Assembly (NCBI RefSeq): GCF_006345805.1
Contig: NC_043010.1
Span: 31,992,001-32,056,000, forward strand
Reading direction: 5' to 3'
Source of the DNA: Octopus sinensis
Lineage: Eukaryota
DNA length: 64,000 nucleotides
Under the pieces are notes generated by a model. The model made no database searches. It had not been told where the DNA came from and saw only the letters and a list, made by a program, of their open reading frames with translations. The position numbers and the translations under genes were made by a program. This document shows positions 1-11,665 of the stretch, piece after piece (position 1 is the first letter of the stretch; every line of letters begins with the position of its first letter).

Positions 1-1770
1 ATTTAGAAAAAAAATATATGCAAACACCCACACCAATGTAAACTTAGGAAAATACTTGATGTGTTTGAAAAGGCCCAGGGAATAATTGTACCAGCTGACA
101 AAACTGGTAATGTTTATATTGTTGACTTTTATCCCTATAACAATCTCATACGTCACGAACTATGCGGTAAATACAGACATGCACAAACAGACACATAATA
201 AATAGAAAGGGATTAGAAATAGTAAATAACTTAAATATACACGATAGAACTGAATCTTGTATGCCATGGAAACCTCAAATACAAATAAAAATCACAAGCC
301 AAACTTCCACATTGCCCCCTCTGTTAGATTAATCTGTCCCTCTAAATCTGACACCGGGAGGAATAGTCAGACAATATTAGATAGGATTATACCCCAACTT
401 TGATTTAGAAATACTCTAGGACTATGGTTCAACACCCAACAAGTAATTGGGTGGTTTAACCACTTAATAACAAGCAAAGAAAGCAAATTCATTCAACTAT
501 ACATCGAGGGATATTATGCCAGTATTAACCCTATCCTCTTAAATAAGGCTTTAATCTTTGCTAGAAATATTTCAGATCCTTTCAGATACGAAATTGACAT
601 AGCTATGGGACCATTTGATTCTGCAGAAGTAACTGACCTTGTAGGAATTTACATCCTATCCCAGATACAATTATATATTCCTGGATTGAATGGAGGCCTA
701 TACAGAGATGACACATTATACTTCCTACAGAGATGTAGCGAAGTACAGAACAAAAAATCTCTATTTAAGTTTTTTTAAAATAATGAACCAACGAATACTG
801 TAGACTCAACTTTTTAGATGCTACTTTTGACTTGGATACTGGTCTACATGAATCATTCCATAAACCTAATGAGTACCTAAAATACATCAACGTTGGATCT
901 AATCATCCACCATCGTTAACAACACCTCTGCTTGAATATCCAGGTTATCTGCAAATGAAAACACAACAATAACTACATAAATAATATCAAAACCCTAGAT
1001 AATAGAATCCAAAACCATAAGATAAGACTAATCAAACCCCGACACATTCGAATCAACCACGAGTTAAAGAAAACTTGTAACAGACAACAAATTAAAACAA
1101 CTACTGCTACAAAATACAATTGATGCTCCAAGCACCCAGACAGACAGACCTAACTGAAAATATAAAAACCGTGATGTCCTTTGGTATAACCCAATCTGGA
1201 ACTCCAACATCTCATCTAAGATCACGAAACAATTTTTCACCGCACTTGTTTGCTGCTTCCCTAAAAATGGAGTGTACAACAAAATATTCAACTGTCACAC
1301 TATGAAACTGTCCTATGCAAATTCATCAAACTTAGAGCACCATATTCGTAAGATTAACGATCGTAAACTGAGGTGAAGACTAGTCAACACTCAAAATAAC
1401 CTTCTTGACATCAACCATAACTCATATGAACAGCCTAAAGACAACGTTTATAACTCGAATTATACTATCAGCTAACAGAGCAATAATTACAATATCCATG
1501 ATAACCATCCAAAAGACAACACCAGCAATAATTAAAATAATAAACTGAGAACACCTAGTGATTATAAAATGATAATATTGACAACTAAAATACAGAACAG
1601 AACCAATCCCTCCAGTGCTCGATGTACACAAGCCAACAAAATCAAACAGTTATGCTCATGCAAAGATAGATCCAGTTGCCCTTTGGATAACCAATGTATG
1701 ACTTAGAACGTGGTATACAAGTGCACTATAAAGACTAGAGGAGGCCCCTATGTATATATCGGGGCATGTG
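1..1770 (+). mobile_element. Degenerate Penelope-like element (Naiad-type): RT, thumb, Cys motif and start of GIY-YIG endonuclease; runs off the window 5' end and is truncated after YIG
   Basis: Frameshifted translation gives VPADKTGNVYIVD (~88-125), HKPNFHIAPSVRLICPSKSDTGRNSQTILDRI (~294-390), LWFNTQQVIGWF, KFIQLYIEGYYASI, DVLWYNPIWNS...FPKNGVYNKIFNCHTMKLSY (~1170-1320) and CSCKDRSSCPLDNQC...VVYKCTIKTRGGPYVYIG (~1653-1765). These match the Naiad-type PLE RT/EN pattern (RLINPAKS, QWRNT, CxC-x5-CPL-x3-C, VVY...YIG). Multiple stops and frameshifts. Confidence 0.85.
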
Positions 1771-2007
1771 TCGTACCCAATAAAATATTTTACTCACTCC
1801 ATCTATTTTATTAATACTGTTACCCCAACCGCCACTACGAAGTTCCTGCAATAAATTTAAGGATAACAACAGATAATCGAAACTGTGCCGGTAGTTTACT
1901 CATCATCTGTTTATACATATATATATACATATATGTGTGTGTGTGTGTGTGTGTTCATACATTTATATATGTTCATATTCATATAGGGATGTCCATGATG
2001 CTCCATG

Positions 2008-2009
<2 letters not shown>

Positions 2010-2080
<71 letters not shown>
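2010..2080. repeat. (GA)n microsatellite
   Basis: Direct reading; it produces the ERERER ORF at 1935..2186. Confidence 0.98.
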
Positions 2081-2082
<2 letters not shown>

Positions 2083-2873
2083 TGGGATTAAATGTGGAAA
2101 ATCTGTTGAGGCTGGAGAAAAAAGAAGCCAGTATAATCCGAAAGATATATAATATAAAGTGGTATCAAATGCTAGAGCAGAAATGAGTTGCTGAGAGAGT
2201 GAGTAGACATTAAAGACATGAGATGAGGATTATTGGAGAGATTACTACAACAGTAGAACAAACCTGAATTAACTGATTTTAAGACATATCAGGACAGAAG
2301 ATAAAAATCGATAAAATGGTCATATAAAAGAGAAAACAAAAATACAAAAGAAACTACGAAGAAGGAAAGAAATAAAACAAAAGAATATAAGATTTTAAGT
2401 ACACATAATGAGTAGCTTTCTTAGATATTTGTTCAGGATAGACAGAGAGAACAAGGGTTAAAGCTCTTTTAAACTTACAGGGTTTTGGGTGTTAGTGATT
2501 TAACAAAACTTAGTTTTGATAGTTTCTTTCTGTTCTTCCCTGTAATTATTTGAATAAGATATCTCTAAGTCACTATAGTCTCTTAACTACTTTTTAAATT
2601 ACTTCTCCATGACATGATATTGCTATGGTATCTAGTTAAAAATAAATATATATATTTTTTCATTTTTCATTGGTTTTTAGTTTTGAGTTCTACTTTCAGT
2701 TAATCACATCAACCTTTGTACTTCTTTCTGCCTTGTACTATTTCTTGATTGCTTAATTTACGCTTTTTCAGATAACCACCAAGTTTATAACGGTAAACAA
2801 AAGCACACACTAAGATATAACTACATATGCACATATGCACACGAATATGTGTATATGTGCATGTATAATATAT

Positions 2874-2915
<42 letters not shown>

Positions 2916-3113
2916 GCAGTGCCCCAGCATGGTTGCAGTCTAATGACTGAAACAAGTAAAAGATAATAAACAAAATAATGTGCATATCAGTGAAGATGTA
3001 GTGGTGTGGTAAGAAGTTTGCTTCTCAACCACATGGCTCTGGGTTCAGCCCCGCTGTGTGGTACCTTAGGCAAGTGTCTTCTACTATAGCCCTAAGCTGA
3101 CCAAAATCCATAT

Positions 3114-3524
3114 CTCTTTACTCTTTTACTCTTTTTACTTGTTTCAGTCATTTGACTGCGGCCATGCTGGAACAACGCCTGTAGTTGGGCAAATTGACCC
3201 CGGGAATTATTCTTTGTAAACCTAGTACTTATTCTATCGGTCTTTTGCTGAACTGCTAAGTGACGGGGACGTAAACACACCAGCATCGGTTGTCAAGCAA
3301 TGCTAGGGGGACAAACACAGACACACAAACATACACACACATATATATATATACATATATACGACATGCTTCTTTCAGTTTCCATCTACCAAATCCACTC
3401 ACAAGGCATTGGTCAGCCTGAGGCTATAGCAGAAGACATTTGCCCAAGATGCCAAGCAGTGGGACTGAACCCGGATCCATGTGGTTGGTAAGCAAGCTAC
3501 TTACCACACAGCCGCTCCTGCACC
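3114..3524 (-). mobile_element. tRNA-derived SINE, family B (CORE-like body, internal (CA)n, GAGTAAAA-type tail), full length
   Basis: Minus strand: tRNA-like head GGAGCGGCTGTGTGGTAAGTAGC...CCGGGTTCAGTCCC, body CTTGGGCAAATGTCTTCTGCTATAGCC, tail TGACTGAAACAAGTAAAAAGAGTAAAAGAG. Homologous copies at 26188-26592, 61735-61962, 2913-3110 and 17445-17535. Confidence 0.85.
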
Positions 3525-3740
3525 TATATGACTGAATTTGGTTGATGGAAACTGAAAGAAGCCTATCATAAGTGTGTGTGTGTGTGATAGCCTTCTGTAA
3601 AGTTTCCATCTTCCAAAAGCATTCATTGGACGTTATGAGGAAGACATTTGCCCAAAATGCCCCACAGTGGGATTGAATTCTAAAACACCTAGGTGGGAAA
3701 CAAACTTCTTAACTACACACCCATATCTGTGCCAAATATA

Positions 3741-3960
3741 TCATCATCATAAGCAGCAGTATTTCACATCTGTGTTCCATGCTGACCTGCACTGGATGGT
3801 TTGAAAGGATCCAATGTCTCCAGTGTGTAATTTGGCATGGTTCCTATGGTTGCATACCCTTCCTAACACCAACCACTTTACAACATGTACTGGATGCTTT
3901 TTTGTGCCACCCACTAACGAGGTCGCCATGCAGTTCATGAAACTACAAATTCTGAGGAGT
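3741..3960 (-). mobile_element. Old RTE-type 3' tail fragment
   Basis: Plus strand CATCATCAT...TTCCATGCTGACCTGCACTGGATGG...CCCTTCCTAACACCAACCAC resembles the RTE tails at 11335-11665 and 38537-38880. Confidence 0.6.
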
Positions 3961-4404
3961 GGACTGAGTGAGAATGATTGAATGGGGCTGGAAAGAGATA
4001 GATTTGGTAATGAGGCATCCCGATGGCATCACAAGGTATGAAGTGAGATAGAAGTGAATGGAGACAGAGGAATTAGCAGTATGGTGATTAGGGGCAGGTT
4101 GCAAGAGAGTATGGGGGAGCAAGAGATGAGGGAATTGGTGAGAGGAAGGGAGCTAAGTAAAGATTAGGTCAGGTTGAAAAGTGGATGTAGGGAATGGTTG
4201 ATAAGAATCAGAGGATGGTAAATAATGCAGGAATTGGGGAAGGTAGAGTGATAGGGGATGATCAATGCTGCTTGGGTTGAGAAAGATATAGGGATGCAGA
4301 AAAGAGCAAGGTGGGATCATCAGGACAGTAGTAAAGATACAGCTGACAAGGATAGGATAAAGATAAAGATGACAGGTGGTTGGGTAGTCTGCAGGGTGGG
4401 AGAT

Positions 4405-4509
4405 ACAGATATAGATAGATAGATAGTTAGATAGACAAACAGACAGACAGACAGACAGATAGATAAATAGATAGATAGATAGATAGGTAGAGAGATAGAG
4501 ATAGAGATT

Positions 4510-4550
<41 letters not shown>
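4405..4550. repeat. Compound (GATA)n/(GACA)n/(GA)n microsatellite
   Basis: Direct reading. Confidence 0.95.
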
Positions 4551-4555
<5 letters not shown>

Positions 4556-4838
4556 AACAGAGAGAGAAAGAAGTGGTATCAGTGTAATGTACAGGTTGAA
4601 AGAGCAGTATTAATAAATGAAGAATATATTAGATAAAAGGTTCCAAATAGCAAGAAAAATAAAACAGTATCAAGAGGAAGCTGCAGTGGTTGGAGAAGTG
4701 TGATTTGAGGAGGAGGTTGGGCAAAGACCTAAGTTAGATGTTTGTGTTAATTTTATCATTTCTCCCAAATCATCTATCAGCTTCACACATTCAAAGATGT
4801 GCAAAATAAGAGATTCCTGTATTTATGTATGTGTATAT

Positions 4839-4962
<124 letters not shown>

Positions 4963-6849
4963 AATGTAAGATGTAAGTACTTCCATTTCCTCTGACTTTA
5001 AACAATAAATTATACAACGTTTCCACTATCACATCCTAACTCAATTTCTGGGTGTATATGTGTGTCTATCTGTTTGTGTTTATAAAGTAGGAGTGTGTGT
5101 TTATATCAGTTTTCCTTCTCTATATTAAAGACTTAATTGCTGTTGTCTCTAAAATTTCTCATACAGACAATATCACCCTTCACATACCCACTTCTCATAC
5201 ACAAGTACCCTTCTTTTCTGATCTAGACGTCTCACACCAGACAAATATCATTTCTATGAACAAAGTCTTGGAGAACTATCTTCAGTCTAGTCTCTTTCAA
5301 CCATAACCAGACACTATATATAGATGAAAGACAGTCATCAGTGTTCTAGATGTCTCATACTAGACATGCACTTCTTCTTTGAACAGAGGCTTGAAGAAAT
5401 ATCTTTGATCTAGTTTCTTTCAATATAACACCAAGACACAATCAGTGCATACTCATCAAGGGTGCTGTCTTCCATTTCATCTTCTCTACACATAACCATA
5501 CAAATGAATGCTTTCAATGTTATAATGAATGCTATACCACCCAATATCTTGATAGTTTTTCATGTTGACTCAGCGCATAAATGGACACACATATATATAC
5601 ATTCACACACTTATTCTACACCTCTGCTTTTGTCAGAGTTGACCATGCACTTGTACATATATGTACATGTATGAGAAAGATATTTTTGTAGATGACTGGT
5701 AGCTGCCCAAGTTTCTCTCCTCTGCATTTGTCTAAGGTAAAAAGCCCAAAGTTAAGGCCTGAACAGCTTGACACCAGTCTCATAGCAGACATTTTTGTCA
5801 GAACTCAAAAAACCATTATCTAAGAGTTCTACAATCCAGAGCCATAGACTGGTAGTCTCGTATCAACTTGAAAAAGATGTAAAGCAATGTTGACCTTGTC
5901 AGGATTTGAACTCAGGATGCAAAGAGTTGAAGCAAAATATTGCAAATGTTTCTGTACAACACTTAATGACTCTGCCAAATTGCTAATTTAGTGTGTGTGC
6001 ACACTCACACTCACACACAATTTTATTAGCTGATGCTACTTTAGGAACGATCCAGGAATCTAGAGTTTCAAGAATCAAGCTAGTAACAAAATCAGGGCCT
6101 GTTATATAATAATTACGGAAAAATTTTAAAAGGTAACATTTTAGGCTCTTGCGTCACTCTTGTGGCAATATTAGTTAATAATGTATAAGTTCTGCTTTAT
6201 ATATTGAGTTCTATTTGTTCCATTTGAAAATCAAATGTGTGTGTGCATTCTTATATTTATATTGTTGAGCAATATATTACTGGCATATAACTGGTCAGAA
6301 TGTTTTTGCACTAGACAATATTTATAACTCTTCAAATATGAATATTTATAACTCTTCAAATATGATGGAGGTGTATAAGTATAGCCCTGGTAGGCTCAGT
6401 GATATTAAAAAGTACTAGAATGAGAATGTGATGAAAAGTTATGCCATTTTGGTGGAAAGAAAGAAAAATTGCCTTCTATAGAATAATATCACTATAGATG
6501 AAAGGTGTTAGTTGTGCATGTGTACATGTGTGTCATTCTCTGGTTGAAAATGGGAATAACCACATTGCCAAAATGAATTTCTTTTCACGAGGGCAGCAAT
6601 GAATTATTTCACTTTCTGAGTTCAAGAAAGTACCCATATTTGAATAAATTTTTTAGAATGATTTTAATTTTGGTCAAGCAAAGTTTGCAATATCTACTTA
6701 CATTCAGATATGGTCCAGCTTGATCCAGCACTTTTCAGTTGATTTTGTATAGCATTGCTTCCTCTTTTTATCACTATGTATAGCTGGTAAATTTTGTAAC
6801 ATTATTCCTCTCCAGGTTGCTTTTGAATGTTATATATCCCTTCAGCTAC

Positions 6850-7830
6850 ATCTTTTGACCACCAAATGTCGAAGTTCATCCTTTGACCGAGTTTATATAC
6901 ATGAGGCAGATAACATCATAAGGCTTGGAAAGCAGCTCCTTGAGCAGCATTCCTTGTCTAATAATCTTAAATACATGCCCAAAGAAGTTGCACGGCTCTA
7001 CTACAACATATCATCAAATGAAAGGATGAGAATATATCAGCAGAAGACTATTCATGGATATATTAGCAGAAAGCTCCAGGATGATACTAACATTGATAAT
7101 CAGAGCAGTTTATCATGGACCAACGAGTGGATTACTAACTCCCTCTTTGAAGGTATATGTTTGCAATCTAGGAACAGGAAATATCAACCAAATACTTGAT
7201 GCAAAAAAGAGACAGAGATGCAGGGAAAACTCCAAAATGTGGTAACCAATGCAGACTGTGTTGAGTTAACACTGAAGATATCAGCCATATCACAAGCAGT
7301 TGTTCAAAAATATCATTGCAGTATTATCTGCCAATGAGACATGATACTGTAGTCAAGACACTGTATAATGAGCTCTGTTGGAAGAATAACTCTAAGGCCA
7401 AAGAAATAAGAAACCACAGTGTGGTGGAGGCCACAGCCACTCATAATAAAAATGAGTACTGGTGGAATGTCCCAGTGAAAACCTCAGTTAAATGTAAGCA
7501 TAATAGATCTGTAATAGTGATTTGGATCAGAGAAGAAAAACTGTGTACAATAGTAGAAATCAGCTGCCCAGCAGATATTAACATAAATCTAAAGATCAGT
7601 AAAAAAGGAAACACCTATGTTGAACTGTTGAGAAATCTACAGTTACTCGATCCACATTACAAATTCAGGTTTATACCTGTAATTATTGGAACATTGGAAC
7701 ACTTTCTAAGTACCAGACTTCAGAAATTAGGCTTCTCAAAACCAGTAAGGAGAAAGCTTATTTGAAGACTACAGATCCAAACCATCACTGGATCTGCAAA
7801 GAATACAAACATACAAACCTGCAAACAAAC
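6850..7830 (+). mobile_element. R4/Dong-like non-LTR retrotransposon 3' fragment (restriction-like endonuclease region), degenerate
   Basis: ORFs 6855..7199 and 7316..7765: IHGYISRKL...SLSW...EG(YMFAIQEQEI), RHDTVVKTLY, WWNVPVKT, HNRSVIVIW (decayed NRPD), IVEISCPAD, IPVIIGTL, then LQIQTITGSAK. This is the conserved C-terminal pattern of RLE-bearing LINEs. Confidence 0.85.
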
Positions 7831-7995
7831 ATACAAACCTACACATGCTCTGACTCCAAGCACTGCACATATACACACACATACATGCAAAAATACCCTG
7901 TTGGTGTTGAAATTCCAATAAAGGAGGCTTGGATCTAGGTTAGAAACTAGCTCTTTCTCTATTGGCAAGAAATCTTGAAATAAAACTGAATAATG

Positions 7996-8100
7996 ACATA
8001 CATACATACATACATACATACATACATACATACATACATACATACATACATACATACATACATACATACATGTATGTATGTATGTATGTATGTATGTATG
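7996..8100. repeat. (CATA)n abutting its reverse complement (TGTA)n
   Basis: 8041-8070 is the exact reverse complement of 8071-8100 with no spacer. Confidence 0.95.
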
Positions 8101-8135
8101 TCATGAATGTATGTATGTATAAATATGTATATATA

Positions 8136-8178
<43 letters not shown>

Positions 8179-8339
8179 TATATGTGTGTATGTGTCTATA
8201 ATACCTATATTCATACACACATATATATGTACACACACACACATACATACACACACACACACACGCATACAGTTCAAAAACTAAGGTTACTTTTAATTGC
8301 TAGAAAATATTTGAACCTTAATCAGTTGATACTCTATAT

Positions 8340-8592
8340 CAGTAGTTCTCAGCCATTTTTTGCTTATGGTCCCATTTGATTCCTATCTTACTCTGCTGGA
8401 TCCCAATAAATATTACGTCTCTATAAAAGTCCCATTATATTTTTATTATTAAATATTAGGAATTGTATTAAAAAATTGCTGAATTATTTTTTTGTTTTGT
8501 AGAAGTATAAACAATTTATTGCACACAAATTTTAACAACAATATCTTATGTAGGCTCCCAAGGGCCATCTGGACTCCAGTTGAGAACTACTG
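8340..8592. mobile_element. hAT-superfamily (Charlie-like) MITE
   Basis: 12-bp terminal inverted repeats CAGTAGTTCTCA / TGAGAACTACTG; 8-bp flanks CTCTATAT (8332-8339) and TTCTATAT (8593-8600) match 7/8, as expected for a hAT target-site duplication. Confidence 0.85.
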
Positions 8593-9096
8593 TTCTATAT
8601 GGTCACTGACCCTTACAAACTTATAGGAAGAACACATTGGATAATGTAGCCCTAGATATGCTATGTCTGAAAATAAGATATTATAGTTATGGCTGAACCT
8701 TTTGATCATAGGTGTACTTGACCAGGGCTGACCTGGAGTTAAACAATATCAGCAACAGTTGGAGTACTGCCCCTTTAGATTAGACTGTACTGCTGGTATT
8801 CACACGAATAATCTAAACACCATCTTGAAAGTGCCATCCACCTAAATTGCTAAAGATTCTCTCCCAAACACATTACAATCAGTCCCTCTAAGACTGAATG
8901 GTGGAAGTTATCCTCAGACCAGTGACCTAGTTTGAATCTTTGCAACAGCTTGAACTTTGCTGTAAGGCACCACAAAGGCCAGGTGGGGGATGTTAAACTG
9001 ACAGATTAAGTCTATCACCCAAGAAAAGAAACGGATTTCTACACAACTTTTTACATAGGTTGACTCAGAGTTATAGTTGACAATATTTAATCAAGG

Positions 9097-9260
9097 TAAG
9101 GCAGTGAGCTGGCAAAATAGTTAGCATGCCAGGTAAAATGCTTAGTGGCCTTTTGTCCATCTTTATGTTCTGAGTTCAGATTCTGCCATGATCAGTGTTG
9201 CCTTTCATCCTTTCAGGGTCGATTTAATTAACATAGCCCCAAAATTTGAAACCAATTATT
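9097..9260 (+). mobile_element. tRNA-derived SINE, family A (Meta-domain-like)
   Basis: Head AAGGCAGTGAGCTGGCAAAATAGTTAGC, B box GAGTTCAGATTC, core GCCTTTCATCCTTTCAGGGTCGAT; similar to the copies at 15177, 24161, 35089 and 53169. Confidence 0.8.
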
Positions 9261-10139
9261 AAATCAAAGTGCTGTGGAGTAGGATTGAACTGGAAACCAT
9301 GTAGTTATGATGCAAACTTTTTAATTACATTACAATGTCTGCATCTTGAAACATAGTCACCCAACATGAGAAAACTATTCTGAATACATCAGTAAACTAC
9401 AGTGTATAATACTCGTATAATACTGATATATATATCATTATTCTGCAGTATATAATACTGGTATACTGATGTATGTGTGTGTGTATATGTGTGTATATGT
9501 GCGTGTCTGTGTGTGTATATATGTGTGTACGTATGTATATATGTATATATGCTGCAGTGCATAATACTGATATATATATATATATATATATATAGGGGTG
9601 TATAACATTTTAATGTTATACACTCGTATATGTATTCTGTGATTTATTAACAACTGACATTTATGTAGCTAGCAACATTAATTCATTTGTAATAGTTATA
9701 TTTAATTTTATCATGAGAGTAGAGTGTAGTTAATTGAATTAACTAACCTCTATACTTAAGTACTTTTCACTCCATTTCATTCCCACTGCAAAAATAAAAA
9801 GTCAAATGAAACTAGTTGGATATGGAGACTGGATATTTTAACCATTTTGCAGTTTAGTCTGAGAGCAAAGGCAATGACCATCAACTTTTATTTAGAGTTC
9901 CCAACACTGCTGAATGGAAGAAACCATAATCTATGAATTGCAGTGTTCAGGAGCAGTAGATCAATCTGGTTTGAATAATTGCAACAGAGTGAGCTTTGTT
10001 AAAGTCCTCTGCCTAAAATCCAGGTAGCAGTGTAAAACCAGGCATTAAATTCAGTCAACACTCATGATTAAGATATATGCCATTGCAAGGTGACATAGCT
10101 AAATATTAACCCTCTCTTAGTTGCACCATCTTTGTATAT

Positions 10140-10168
10140 GATGACAACAACAAAAACAAGAATAAGAA

Positions 10169-10199
<31 letters not shown>

Positions 10200-10202
10200 A
10201 AG

Positions 10203-10233
<31 letters not shown>

Positions 10234-10247
10234 GCAGCAGCAGCAGC

Positions 10248-10314
<67 letters not shown>

Positions 10315-10350
10315 CAACAACAACAGCAACAGTAGTAGTAGTAGTAGTTA
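10140..10350. repeat. Compound trinucleotide microsatellite (AAG)n(AAC)n(AGC)n(AAC)n(AGT)n
   Basis: Direct reading; source of the poly-L/C/R/T ORFs. Confidence 0.97.
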
Positions 10351-11334
10351 GTGTGAGAGGAAATAACACCATATTAAACATTTATTTTAGGCCAATAGTT
10401 ATTTCTACTTTTGGTAGACTTGATAGACTATTATTTCTTCAGTTTGGTATGCTGCTGCTGCTACAACAACAACTACTGCTGCTGCTGCTAGATACAGTTG
10501 CTGGAGATTATTGAATTACTACAATAGCTGCTTTGTAAAATTGATAATATGAAAATAATCTTGGAGGAGTTTTGAAGGAAAATGAATTGGTTTTAGCAAG
10601 AATAAAGATTTCTTCCCGGGAGGTAACACACACGCACATGCACATATGCACACAAGCATGGCTTGGGGTGTCACACATAAATGGATAAATATATATAGTA
10701 ATTGTTTATGTTTTCACGCCAAAAAAATACAAACATGACTGAAAAACATACAAAAAGTATTTTGGTCTTCTGACTAAATAGAAAATAAGATAACATAGTC
10801 TTTCATATGTAATAAAACAAGTGATGGTTGTGCATAGAACTAATGCAGGGAAGAAGAAATGAGCTAATTGTTGAAATAATGGTCATTGAACAGAAAATAG
10901 CAGAGGTAGAAGTAAGCCAATATGAAATGTAGCTGGGGAAGATTGAAAACAGGATGAAAAGAAAAACTAGGGAAATTAGGCAGGACTGAATCCTGCATGT
11001 GTTGGTGTTAAGGACCAAAAAGGAAGAACTTAAGTAGAAAGGTCAATGAAAACTTATGATGCACACATAAATATAATCTTTTATCCTTTACTTGTTTTGG
11101 TCATTAGACTGTGGCCACACTGGGGCTTTACCTTGAAGAATTTTTTGTCAAATGAATCGACCCCAGCATATGTTTTTTTAAGCCTATACACTGTAAAATG
11201 GTTGGTGTTAAGAGACCTTGCCAAAGCAGACACTGGAGTTCAATGCAGTCCTCTGGCTCATTAGCTCCTGTCAAATGATCCAACCCAAGCCTAAATGATG
11301 ATGATAGTGATGATGATTTTATATGTATATATAT

Positions 11335-11665
11335 ATGTGCTGGTGGCACGTAAAAAGCACCATCCGAATGTGGCCGATGCCAGCGCCGCCTTGACTGGCT
11401 TCTGTGCTGGTGGCACGTAAAAGGCACCAACCGATTGTGGCCGATGCCAGCCACTCCTGGCACCTGTGCTGGTGGCACGTAAAAAGCACCCACTACACTC
11501 ACGGAGTGGTTGACGTTAGGAAGGGCATCCAGCTGTAGAAACACTGCCAGATCAGACTGGAGCCTGGTGCAGCCTCCTGGCTTCCCAGACCCGGGTCGAA
11601 CCATCCAACCCATGCTAGCACGGAAAACGGACGTTAAACGATGATGATGATGATGATGATGATGA
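11335..11665 (+). mobile_element. RTE-type LINE/SINE 3' UTR with tandem hairpin units and (GAT)n tail
   Basis: Two units beginning GTGCTGGTGGCACGTAAAA, then GGAAGGGCATCCAGCTGTAGAAAC...CCATGCTAGCACGGAAAACGGACGTTAAACGATGATGATG. The copies at 38940-39495 and 46985-47525 link this tail family to an RTE-type C-terminus. Confidence 0.8.
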
